Origin: a virus
Taxonomy: Duplodnaviria; Caudoviricetes
Virus record (IMG/VR): IMGVR_UViG_3300012953_000083
Span: 1 to 36,696 of that record
Reading direction: 5' to 3' (one strand)
Length of the DNA: 36,696 bases
A program made the position numbers and the translations under genes. Below the pieces are notes generated by a model, which was given only the letters and a program-made list of their open reading frames with translations, was not told the DNA's origin and made no database searches. The stretch's first letter is position 1; each line of letters opens with the position of its first letter. Positions 28,226 through 36,040 of this stretch are shown here, one piece after another.

Positions 28226-30092
28226 TTTTTCAAAGATATTTAATGAAAAGGAAGTTTTAAATCCAACATTAAAATATAGACACGAAAGCTCAGACATTAC
28301 TGATCTAGTAAAACAGATGAATAATGACGGTCTGCGAGTTACTAATATAAATACTACTGGAGAGATAACTAGGTGTCCTGTTAATGCAACTTTAAATACA
28401 AGACCTGATAAGGGCGTTGGAGAAATGTCCGGTTGGTACACCTATAATGAAACAGACGGACATTTTATCTGTGTTTATGGTAATTGGCGTACTAACCAAC
28501 AATGGAAGTTTTATTCTCATTCAATGAGAGAACTTAACTCAGTTGAAGTTGCTGAGTTAAATAGGAAAATTGAAGAGAACTTGCAAAGGAGTAAAGAAGA
28601 ACGCCAAAAAAGGCATGATGAGACTGCCGAGCTTTGCAAGGAAAGACTTAAAAATTCTAAAATATCTACGGAACATGAATACCTAAATAAAAAAGGGTTA
28701 AAAAATAATTATGGATTGACTGAGATTAACGGTTCATTAATCTGTCCGGTGTATTCTACCAGAAATACATACAAAGAATTGAGAAGCCTACAATATATAA
28801 CTACAAAGAATAAAAGGTTTGTTTCTGCTTCTGAAGTTAAGTCAAATATTTTTACAATCGGCATAGATTGGGAGCAGTGGAACACTTATAAAAGTATTGT
28901 TGTTACTGAAGGTTTGGCTACTTCAATATCAGTTCATGAGTGTACTGGTCTTCCTGTTGTATGTACTTTTTCAGCTAACTTTGGACAAGCAGCATTAGAA
29001 AATATTAGAAAATTTTATGACGGAGAATTGTTAATTGCTTTTGATAATGATGACAATGGAGTAGGACAGCAACGAGCAAGAGAAATTATTACTAATATTT
29101 CAAATTGTAAGTCTCGTATTCCAAGTACAAAAGGAGACTACAACGACATACATATTAACGAAGGAGCTGAGGCAGTTAAGAAGCAAATTATTATTAAACA
29201 TAATTTTAATTTACAGCAATACTCTATAAAGAATTTTACACAGGACCCTCCGCCTAGAAGATGGTTAGTAAATAATACTATGGAGCTGTCAAAAATTTCT
29301 TTGCTTTGTAGTATTGGAGGCATAGGAAAATCAGGCTTATGTTTGAGGCTTTGTTTAGATGTTAATAACGGTTATGGTAAATTTTTAGGAAACAATATTT
29401 CAGTGCAAGGAAATTGTGCCGTCCTGTCGGCTGAAGATGATGCTGAAGAAACCGGACGAAGATTAACTTTGATTGACAGTACAAGAAGTTATTTACAGAG
29501 TGAATATGATACTTATGTTTTGACTGTAGCTGACATGGGTAAACCCCTTACTTTGATTAAAGAAGATTTAGCTAACGGACTTCATATCACAGACCAAGCT
29601 GAGGACCTCAGAGAGAGCCTCAGACAGATAGATGATCTCAAGTTGATAGTTATAGACCCTATCCAGTCGTTCGTCTCAGGAGACATGAATAACAACAGCA
29701 CAGCACAGCTTTATTCTCAGTTCTGCTCGTCTATTGCTAGTGAGTTTGGTTGCAGCGTGTTATCCATACATCATTTAAACAAGAGTGCTATCTCAGAAGG
29801 CAATACGAACTCAGTATTAAATGCACGGTCCAGTGTGAGAGGAGCTACCTCGTTAGTCGATAGCCATAGAGCAGTGCAAATTTTATATCTTGATACAGAA
29901 GAAAACACAGAACGAATATGTTTTGAACAGGGTATTGAATATCACCGTATGGCAGTAGTAAAAGCAGCTATGGTTAAATCCAATAGCGAAGGTGATATGA
30001 GCATTAAAACTTTAATCAGAAGAGGCTTTAATTTAGATGTAATTGACGAAGAAAATTCTACCGGAAATATAAATGACATTGATTGGAAATAA
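28218..30092 (+). CDS. Primase-helicase (TOPRIM plus AAA_25/RepA-like helicase)
   Basis: SLQYI, VTEGLAT, AFDND, GDYND; GGIGKS, LSAED, IVIDP, IHH.NK, RGATS. Confidence 0.92.
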   Translation: MIDFSKIFNEKEVLNPTLKYRHESSDITDLVKQMNNDGLRVTNINTTGEITRCPVNATLNTRPDKGVGEMSGWYTYNETDGHFICVYGNWRTNQQWKFYSHSMRELNSVEVAELNRKIEENLQRSKEERQKRHDETAELCKERLKNSKISTEHEYLNKKGLKNNYGLTEINGSLICPVYSTRNTYKELRSLQYITTKNKRFVSASEVKSNIFTIGIDWEQWNTYKSIVVTEGLATSISVHECTGLPVVCTFSANFGQAALENIRKFYDGELLIAFDNDDNGVGQQRAREIITNISNCKSRIPSTKGDYNDIHINEGAEAVKKQIIIKHNFNLQQYSIKNFTQDPPPRRWLVNNTMELSKISLLCSIGGIGKSGLCLRLCLDVNNGYGKFLGNNISVQGNCAVLSAEDDAEETGRRLTLIDSTRSYLQSEYDTYVLTVADMGKPLTLIKEDLANGLHITDQAEDLRESLRQIDDLKLIVIDPIQSFVSGDMNNNSTAQLYSQFCSSIASEFGCSVLSIHHLNKSAISEGNTNSVLNARSSVRGATSLVDSHRAVQILYLDTEENTERICFEQGIEYHRMAVVKAAMVKSNSEGDMSIKTLIRRGFNLDVIDEENSTGNINDIDWK

Positions 30093-30093
30093 T

Positions 30094-30193
30094 TTTCTGA
30101 CCGTATGGGTGGTCACAAGCGATAGTGTTTCTGACCGTATGGGTTCCCTCACTGACTTATATATACATATATATAGGAACGCTGAGGCGTTCC
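30094..30193. other. Putative replication origin
   Basis: 17-bp direct repeat TTTCTGACCGTATGGGT at 30094 and 30128, (AT)n tract ~30157-30175, hairpin GGAACGC-TGAG-GCGTTCC at 30176-30193; directly after primase-helicase. Confidence 0.6.
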
Positions 30194-30324
30194 CTATATT
30201 ATTGAAAGGTTTTACAAGTAAGTTTTATAACTATAATTACTACTTACTATCAAAACGAATCCTTAATAATAAATCTTTTATCACTACTCTTATATCTCGA
30301 ACGAAAGGACAAAGGAGATTATTG

Positions 30325-30681
30325 ATGAATGATTCTGAAAGAGGTTACAAGTTTTTAAAGTCTTTCATATTAAGTAAACAAAACGAACTACAAGAATTTG
30401 CGACAAGATCAAGATTGAACGGTCTCATAGTGTTAGAGGTGGGGTCGAAAGGCAGGGAGAATTTATTTTCCTTTGAAGAACTATGCGACACCATTCCTCG
30501 TCATGTGGGGAGTAGGTCAAGTGTATTAAAAATATTAAATGAATGTGTTGAGAGAGGTTTCTTTGTCAAGACACAAAAGGGAGATGATAAAAGGTTCAGA
30601 CAATACGAATTGCATGATGATTATAAACAATGGTTTATTAATTACATTGAACTAGCAGGTTATGAAAGGAAAGATAAATAA
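30325..30681 (+). CDS. Winged-HTH (MarR-like) protein
   Basis: AAGGAG SD before ATG 30325; SRSSV.KIL.E.VE.GF..K...DDKR. Confidence 0.7.
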   Translation: MNDSERGYKFLKSFILSKQNELQEFATRSRLNGLIVLEVGSKGRENLFSFEELCDTIPRHVGSRSSVLKILNECVERGFFVKTQKGDDKRFRQYELHDDYKQWFINYIELAGYERKDK

Positions 30682-31105
30682 ATACTGGTGGATAACCTCA
30701 GCTCACACAGAAATAAATACGCCATTTATTAACTACGGAACAGCATTAAAATATAAGAACTTTAACAAGTTAAAATTTGTAGTTTGGAAAATGTTTAGGT
30801 CCAAACTAGATCACCCTGAATTATCAGCAAGAGATAAGATAGTCTTCTGGTGTATTTGCGAACGGCTGAAGGGCAGTTCTTTTTCTTGTTGGGATAGTTA
30901 TTCATATCTCGGCAAAATGCTTTCTATGAACCGGAAAACGATTGCTAAGGCAGTAGATAATTTATCTGCTAACGGCTTGATAATGATTGCCGTTGAAGGA
31001 GAGAAACCAACAGCCATGAAAACACTACCAAGTCAGCAGCGAGTAAAGAAACATATTTTGATTATTGGCTTAGGTCATTTTATGGGTAGAGAACTGGAGA
31101 GCTAA
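30662..31105 (+). CDS. Winged-HTH DNA-binding protein
   Basis: LSARDKIV..SY.YL.K.L.M.RKTI.KAV..L...GLI. Confidence 0.7.
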   Translation: MKGKINKYWWITSAHTEINTPFINYGTALKYKNFNKLKFVVWKMFRSKLDHPELSARDKIVFWCICERLKGSSFSCWDSYSYLGKMLSMNRKTIAKAVDNLSANGLIMIAVEGEKPTAMKTLPSQQRVKKHILIIGLGHFMGRELES

Positions 31106-31123
31106 TCGAATAATCAGCTCTCC
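31096..31123. terminator. Hairpin between convergent operons
   Basis: GGAGAGCT...AGCTCTCC (11 bp with a G-U pair on the minus strand). Confidence 0.65.
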
Positions 31124-31130
31124 TTCTTAA

Positions 31131-31403
31131 CTAATTTGTACGGGGGGAGTTCTCTCTAATTTCAGACAGACTTTGTGTCTGGAATCTAGTTAAGATTTGT
31201 TTTTCTACATATCGCATAAGGGCATTAGCAACATTCATTTCTACTTGATTTAAAACCAAGTCATTATCTTTAATTGCTTTGCTATTTTTTACTAAATGAA
31301 AACCTATCTTGAGTTTAAGTTCTTCAAGATATTCCGGAAGGTTTCTCTCTTGTGCTTCATCTAATAAATCACCTATGACAAGTGCTAGTTCGTGGTTATT
31401 CAT
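31131..31403 (-). CDS. Hypothetical protein
   Basis: AAGGAG SD before ATG 31403. Confidence 0.65.
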   Translation of the reverse strand: MNNHELALVIGDLLDEAQERNLPEYLEELKLKIGFHLVKNSKAIKDNDLVLNQVEMNVANALMRYVEKQILTRFQTQSLSEIRENSPRTN

Positions 31404-31411
31404 AATCTCCT

Positions 31412-31588
31412 TCATGAGTTGATTGCCCTATGAATTACCCTCAACTCTTTTGCATAAGATTTTAAATCTTCTACTCTATCTTTAGGGACTATAACCTTAA
31501 CACTAACTAACCCTGCTTTTTGAGTGTTAATTAAATACTTATCTTGTGCTTTCTTTTTTGCTTCTTTGTTTTTAAATGGAAAAGTCAT
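31412..31588 (-). CDS. Small basic protein (58 aa), possibly ribbon-helix-helix
   Basis: Not in ORF track; TAATG-coupled; GLVSVKVIVPKDRVEDLKSYAKEL. Confidence 0.55.
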   Translation of the reverse strand: MTFPFKNKEAKKKAQDKYLINTQKAGLVSVKVIVPKDRVEDLKSYAKELRVIHRAINS

Positions 31589-32076
31589 TAGCTTTCCTCC
31601 TTTTCTTCCATGTTGCCTGTCATGTATTTTATATAAACATTTTCTTCATTCATAACTCTGTAAATTTCTTTCATATCATCAACTATCATTTTGTTTTCCT
31701 CAGCTAAATCTAATTCATCAATGTAACATTTGGTCCCGCAAGGCGTTCCATAAGGAGCAAAGTTGCTTGTAAAATCAGTGCCACCTGCCATCTCTCTAAC
31801 ATGAAGTCTCTTTGCTTTTGGTCCTAATGGACTTTCAGGTTTTTTCTCAGCTACCAACCAAATAGAATAATATGTTTCCTCTCCTTCTGCTTTGTTTTGT
31901 CGTTGTTGAGAGATATTAAAATTATGTTTGTTAGCTACTGATACAAACCTATTTTTTTCAGCAAAATTTAGATTTCTAACACAGTCATTTATTTCCATTT
32001 TCAATAGAGTTTCTAACACTTCATCTGTCTTAGTTAGCTTTCGTTCTATTCCTTTTTCTATTTTAAATTTACTCAT
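31588..32076 (-). CDS. Hypothetical protein (FKIEKGI N-terminus)
   Basis: 162-aa ORF with SD. Confidence 0.7.
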   Translation of the reverse strand: MSKFKIEKGIERKLTKTDEVLETLLKMEINDCVRNLNFAEKNRFVSVANKHNFNISQQRQNKAEGEETYYSIWLVAEKKPESPLGPKAKRLHVREMAGGTDFTSNFAPYGTPCGTKCYIDELDLAEENKMIVDDMKEIYRVMNEENVYIKYMTGNMEEKEES

Positions 32077-32209
32077 TTCCTTTCTCCTCAGTTGTTATAA
32101 ATATTTTTTTTTCGTTCTTACTTGCAAAAGTAGTTTTGCCAACACCAGTTGGACCATAAATAATTAATTTTGGTTTTTTAATTGCTCTTCCAAACATTGA
32201 TTTTTTCAT
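32069..32209 (-). CDS. 46-aa P-loop mini-protein resembling the Sak4/AAA_24 N-terminus
   Basis: MKKSMFGRAIKKPKLIIYGPTGVGKTTFASKNEKKIFITTEEKGNE; GAGG SD, ATGA-coupled. Confidence 0.7.
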   Translation of the reverse strand: MKKSMFGRAIKKPKLIIYGPTGVGKTTFASKNEKKIFITTEEKGNE

Positions 32210-32316
32210 TTCTTTTTCCTCGTTGTCTTTTTAATTTTAGTTTTTGGTTTTGGTTTCTGTTTTAAATCAGCAACTAATTTCATGTGTTCCTTCATGGTCA
32301 TAACTTTTTTTGTCAT
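32206..32316 (-). CDS. Small basic peptide (36 aa)
   Basis: ATGA overlaps at both ends. Confidence 0.5.
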   Translation of the reverse strand: MTKKVMTMKEHMKLVADLKQKPKPKTKIKKTTRKKK

Positions 32317-32801
32317 GATCTTCTTAGTGCCTCCTTCATTACAATATGTTGAAGAATATCTAACTTATCATCAAGGTCCTTGTCTTTTTCAGAGTACCCA
32401 TTTTTTACCCTGTTACTAAACATAGCAATAATTACTGTGTCCCAAGCATTTTTAATATCTTGAGAACTATAATCTCCAAGTTTTTCTTCAAAACTTTTAA
32501 CAGTTCTTTTGGTTATGTCTTTGCTTGTTTCATTAAACAGTTCTTTGTCTGTCTGAGCCTTAACTCTTTTAATAAATTTATCGAAAGCTGCTTTTGAGTC
32601 TTTGCTTTTTTCATCTTGAAAAGATGATTTGTTTCTAATTTCCAGTGCCTTAATTCTGGATAGCTCATCATTCAACTTGTCTGATTCTGCTATTAATTTA
32701 TCAAAACTTTTACTGGACATTAAATGCTGCTCCTCAGCTAACTCTCTGTCTATCGCATAAAGTCTCTGCTCAATCCATTCCTTGTCATAATTGTCATTCA
32801 C
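32313..32801 (-). CDS. Hypothetical protein
   Basis: GGAG SD before GTG start. Confidence 0.7.
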   Translation of the reverse strand: MNDNYDKEWIEQRLYAIDRELAEEQHLMSSKSFDKLIAESDKLNDELSRIKALEIRNKSSFQDEKSKDSKAAFDKFIKRVKAQTDKELFNETSKDITKRTVKSFEEKLGDYSSQDIKNAWDTVIIAMFSNRVKNGYSEKDKDLDDKLDILQHIVMKEALRRS

Positions 32802-32816
32802 AATTTTCTCCGTTAG

Positions 32817-32951
32817 TTAATCAATAATGAGATGGCTTTTTATCCATTCTTCATTAATTCCTTGCTCTTTAAGTTTCTTTCTTAAACCTTCCTCAAATTG
32901 CTTTTTGGCAAGTTTAGAATCTACTTTCTTGTTTTGTTTTCTATCTATCAT
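32817..32951 (-). CDS. Small hypothetical protein (44 aa, MIDRKQ...)
   Basis: ATGA-coupled; not in ORF track. Confidence 0.5.
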   Translation of the reverse strand: MIDRKQNKKVDSKLAKKQFEEGLRKKLKEQGINEEWIKSHLIID

Positions 32952-33109
32952 TCCTTAACCTCAACTTCATCTGTTTCACCTTCTAACTCCCAATTTAACT
33001 CTTCATTTTCAGCTATTTTTTCAGCCTCCTCTAAAGTGTAAGCATCAATAAAACAATACTCTTCACGAGAATATTCTCTAGTCGCTATAAATCTTTTTTT
33101 CTTAATCAT
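32948..33109 (-). CDS. Small acidic protein (53 aa)
   Basis: GAGGTG SD, TAATG-coupled; A.TLEEAEKIA motif. Confidence 0.6.
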   Translation of the reverse strand: MIKKKRFIATREYSREEYCFIDAYTLEEAEKIAENEELNWELEGETDEVEVKE

Positions 33110-33375
33110 TACGCCACCTCTTTAATTTGATTTAATACTTCGTAAATTGATTTTTGAACATACTTAGGAAAATCCTTAATGCCTTCATCTTCAGGATAGA
33201 TTTCAACATAGTCAAAATCTTCACCATACCAGTCTTGAATTTCAATCCTAAATGTTGGGTCGTCTTTATGTTCATAAAAATCGTGAACTACTAAGTCTGT
33301 TTGGTCTAAGTCCCAATGCCATACATCTTCACCATCTTTTGTGTTTATATAAAATTCTCTAAATCTTTCTTTCAT
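33109..33375 (-). CDS. Acidic hypothetical early protein
   Basis: GAGGTG SD, TAATG-coupled; D/E-rich. Confidence 0.7.
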   Translation of the reverse strand: MKERFREFYINTKDGEDVWHWDLDQTDLVVHDFYEHKDDPTFRIEIQDWYGEDFDYVEIYPEDEGIKDFPKYVQKSIYEVLNQIKEVA

Positions 33376-33719
33376 TACGCCACCTCTTTATTTTGTTTTA
33401 AGTCTTCCAGTTCAAAACATTTTAAAAAATCATCTAACAGCTCAACCAGTTCATCTTTGTCTGATACTGATAATTTTTTTATGTCTCCTTCATAACCAAT
33501 AAACTCTGGCACATCTTCTCTTGATACCCAGTCAAAAAATTCTCTTGAATATTTAGATGCAAAATCTTTGTCTCTAAAAAATCCTAAAGTGTTTATGTCT
33601 GTTGGATTAAAGTATGTAAACAGCTCCATTTGGTCTGTATGTTTTGCAAAAGAATACTCACAGATCATTTGAATAATTGTAAGTTCCTGCATAGAAAATA
33701 ATCTTTTTCTATCTATCAT
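33375..33719 (-). CDS. Hypothetical early protein
   Basis: AGGAG SD fits ATG 33719 rather than 33734; directly downstream of hammerhead 3. Confidence 0.7.
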   Translation of the reverse strand: MIDRKRLFSMQELTIIQMICEYSFAKHTDQMELFTYFNPTDINTLGFFRDKDFASKYSREFFDWVSREDVPEFIGYEGDIKKLSVSDKDELVELLDDFLKCFELEDLKQNKEVA

Positions 33720-33752
33720 TTTATCTCCTGCCATGTTTCAGGCGTTTAGTTT

Positions 33753-33826
33753 GTCTAAGAACCTGACTAATAATCGAAACTTAAATTAATCAGGTTTTCG
33801 GATATTGAATCCATCTTCAGTTAGAC
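33753..33826 (-). ncRNA. Type I hammerhead ribozyme HH3
   Basis: GUCUAA CUGAAGA U GGAU-UCAAU-AUCC GAAA ACCUGAUUAAU..AUUAGUCAGGU UC^UUAGAC; predicted cut 33759/33758. Confidence 0.88.
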
Positions 33827-34149
33827 TTTGCTTCCTCTCCTGCTTTGCTGTATTGATAAAAAGGTGAATACTCACTTACCCAGTAAGCGGCGGCAATTTG
33901 TTGAGCTGTATAGTCAACGCTGTAGCCGTTGAAATAAGTTTCTATAACATCAATCATTTTTGCCATATCTAAAACCAAACAATCAAACAAAGCGGACTGC
34001 TTGTCCTCCTCCGTAAAATAATCATCTTCCGGATTGAAACTATCCCATGAGGTCTTATCAAAATTATCTGCCCATAAAAGCAGGTCTTCTGGGACCCATT
34101 CTGCAATCACTTCATTGTGGTTGTGATCGTGAATATTATCTATCTTCAT
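33817..34149 (-). CDS. Acidic hypothetical early protein
   Basis: AGGAG SD; D/E-rich; its stop codon is the UGA of the HH3 core. Confidence 0.7.
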   Translation of the reverse strand: MKIDNIHDHNHNEVIAEWVPEDLLLWADNFDKTSWDSFNPEDDYFTEEDKQSALFDCLVLDMAKMIDVIETYFNGYSVDYTAQQIAAAYWVSEYSPFYQYSKAGEEAKSN

Positions 34150-34157
34150 TTTGTCTC

Positions 34158-34415
34158 CTATAGTTTGTAAAGGTCGTTACAAGAAATTAACTTAGCGTCC
34201 ATATAATTAGCAAAACTATCAGCTTCTAAATTTTGCTGATCTACAGTTTTATTTAATACTGGATAATCGTTTACACTAATTAAAGTAAGACCTTTGTAAA
34301 AAGTTTCAATCTTAGCTTTATAGTCAATACCAAATGTATCATCTGCTAAAACCAAGAAAGAACAAGTCTTTTGATCTTGATTAGTGTAAGAAAGTAATCG
34401 CATATATTTATTCAT
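34158..34415 (-). CDS. Hypothetical early protein
   Basis: GAGGAG SD; first gene after internal promoter. Confidence 0.7.
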   Translation of the reverse strand: MNKYMRLLSYTNQDQKTCSFLVLADDTFGIDYKAKIETFYKGLTLISVNDYPVLNKTVDQQNLEADSFANYMDAKLISCNDLYKL

Positions 34416-34464
34416 TTTGTCTCCTCGCTGTTGCGAATTTAGTTAATTAAAATATCTAGGACGG

Positions 34465-34494
34465 ATAGTAGCATATTTTTTTTGGGAGTTGCAA
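34465..34494 (-). promoter_or_regulatory. sigma70-like early promoter with extended -10
   Basis: TTGCAA-18nt-TACTAT with TGn extension; embedded in an imperfect inverted repeat. Confidence 0.7.
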
Positions 34495-34526
34495 CTATCC
34501 GCCTAAAATTAATTTTTATTTCTCCT

Positions 34527-34604
34527 TTATCTTCCAATCCATGCAGCAAAAATAAATGCAGCAATTATGCCTACCCAAAAATATAAAAGAAAAATAACCT
34601 CCAT
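34527..34604 (-). CDS. 25-aa membrane peptide
   Basis: MEVIFLLYFWVGIIAAFIFAAWIGR; TAATG-coupled. Confidence 0.5.
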   Translation of the reverse strand: MEVIFLLYFWVGIIAAFIFAAWIGR

Positions 34605-34786
34605 TATTTCACCCCCTTTGTTTTTTGACACGCTTGAAAAAATTTTCCTGAATCAAATTTATTATTATTTTCACCAAACACCTCGCAAAGATTTCCAATC
34701 AATTTAGTGGTGTCCAGTCCTTCATGCTCGTAACTATGAGCTTCTCTGATCGCTTGAGCGATTAAAATATAATCTTTTCTACTCAC
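34604..34786 (-). CDS. Hypothetical early protein (MSRKDY..IA...FD...F..AC)
   Basis: GGAGG SD, GTGA overlap. Confidence 0.7.
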   Translation of the reverse strand: MSRKDYILIAQAIREAHSYEHEGLDTTKLIGNLCEVFGENNNKFDSGKFFQACQKTKGVK

Positions 34787-34962
34787 GATGCCTCCATTTC
34801 AGATTTAAAAAAGAACATAATTGCTCCGCCTATTTCTCCTTCGTCAGCTCTTAGAGTTTCCTCTATTACATCTTCTGAAAGAGTTGATAAAAAAACCCAG
34901 TTTGTGTGACCGTAGTATTCCAAACATTGAGCATCTATCATTTCCATTTTATTTATAGTCAT
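34783..34962 (-). CDS. Hypothetical early protein (59 aa)
   Basis: Not in ORF track; AGGAG SD in the post-HH2 leader. Confidence 0.65.
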   Translation of the reverse strand: MTINKMEMIDAQCLEYYGHTNWVFLSTLSEDVIEETLRADEGEIGGAIMFFFKSEMEAS

Positions 34963-34996
34963 ATTTTCTCCTGCCTTTCGGCGTTTATTTGTTTAT

Positions 34997-35051
34997 GTCT
35001 ATGACGCTCCTTGCGGAGCGTTTCGGATATTAAATCCATCATCAGATAGAC
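34997..35051 (-). ncRNA. Type I hammerhead ribozyme HH2
   Basis: GUCUAU CUGAUGA U GGAU-UUAAU-AUCC GAAA CGCUCC-GCAA-GGAGCG UC^AUAGAC; predicted cut 35003/35002. Confidence 0.92.
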
Positions 35052-35057
35052 TGATAT

Positions 35058-35960
35058 TTATGCGGCGTTTTTCTTCTCCTCTTTCGCTTGTAGTGATCTT
35101 AAAAAATTGACTGACTTCTGTGCCTTGCTAAACGCTGTTTTAAGAGCGTTTTTGTCTTCCTTGATAACCTTTATCCAGTTATTCAAATATTTGGCGTGAT
35201 CGTCTCTTATGACCTTCTCAATGTTTAATATTTGAGATAAGAAGGCGGAGCCAATTTCAGCTATCAATTCTTCTCTGGCATACCTCTCAGAACCAAACCC
35301 ACCGGAGAGGTCTCTGTCTTCCCTGCTAGGGTGTCCGGTCCAGTGTGTCAGCTCATGCAACAGCGTTGAGTAATATGCGGTGTCAGTGAAAAAGCTATCT
35401 ATTGACGGCATAGTGATCTGATCTGCTGAAGGTCTATAAAAAGCAGCATCTCCGCCAATATGAATTTTTGCCTGTGTATTAGCAATAAATTTCTCAGCGT
35501 TTTTGATAGTCAACTTTTTAAGCTCCGGAGTCATAACCTTTTTAGCTTCTGGTACTTCGTAACCTTCAATTTGCTCAGCATTAAAAACCGTTGAGGTTTT
35601 CTCGAACCAAACAATCGGAGTCCCTCCTCTTGCTTTCAATTCTTCTTGAGCGTCTGTCAAGTTTCTAGTCTTTTCCAGTTGGCTGAAAAATGTGACCGTT
35701 CTACCTTTTGAACCTTTAATAATTTTGTGACCTTTGTCACTCCATTGTTTAAAAGTTCCCCATTCATTTGAGCTGAAACCTGACATTGACAACCAAAATT
35801 GATTCATGCCTTGATATTCCTTCTTAGAAGAAATATTTTTTTGCGGTCCTGCTGTAATCCATTGTTTGGTCCAGTCAGCTCCGGCGGTTTCCATTAACTC
35901 AATGATCTTGTTTTGCATCTCCGCAAAATGTTGATCTTTTTTGTTTACTTTCTTAGTCAT
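35058..35960 (-). CDS. ardC: ArdC-like antirestriction protein (ssDNA-binding N-domain plus zincin-like domain)
   Basis: YQGMN..L, WGTFKQW...G..I.KG.KG, VFNAEQ, AFYRPSAD.I.MP, HELTHWTGH, YAREELIAE. Confidence 0.92.
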   Translation of the reverse strand: MTKKVNKKDQHFAEMQNKIIELMETAGADWTKQWITAGPQKNISSKKEYQGMNQFWLSMSGFSSNEWGTFKQWSDKGHKIIKGSKGRTVTFFSQLEKTRNLTDAQEELKARGGTPIVWFEKTSTVFNAEQIEGYEVPEAKKVMTPELKKLTIKNAEKFIANTQAKIHIGGDAAFYRPSADQITMPSIDSFFTDTAYYSTLLHELTHWTGHPSREDRDLSGGFGSERYAREELIAEIGSAFLSQILNIEKVIRDDHAKYLNNWIKVIKEDKNALKTAFSKAQKSVNFLRSLQAKEEKKNAA

Positions 35961-35990
35961 TTTTTCTCCTGCGTTTAAGCGTTTATTAAT

Positions 35991-36040
35991 GTCTATGACG
36001 CCTCTCGGCGTTTCGCTGATTTACAGCTCTTCAGATAGAC
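35991..36040 (-). ncRNA. Type I hammerhead ribozyme HH1
   Basis: GUCUAU CUGAAGA GCUG-UAAAU-CAGC GAAA CGCC-GAGA-GGCG UC^AUAGAC; canonical core; predicted cut 35997/35996. Confidence 0.95.

Noticed and set aside
30073-30324. N-terminal extension of the 202-aa ORF
   Set aside because: Crosses repeats and an AT tract; a good SD lies before ATG 30325
31096-31123. Possible fourth hammerhead
   Set aside because: Simple hairpin lacking the CUGANGA/GAAA three-way junction; fits a terminator between convergent genes
33753-36040. Retrozyme or retroelement origin of the hammerheads
   Set aside because: No reverse transcriptase, long terminal repeats or target-site duplications seen; the copies differ in stems II and III
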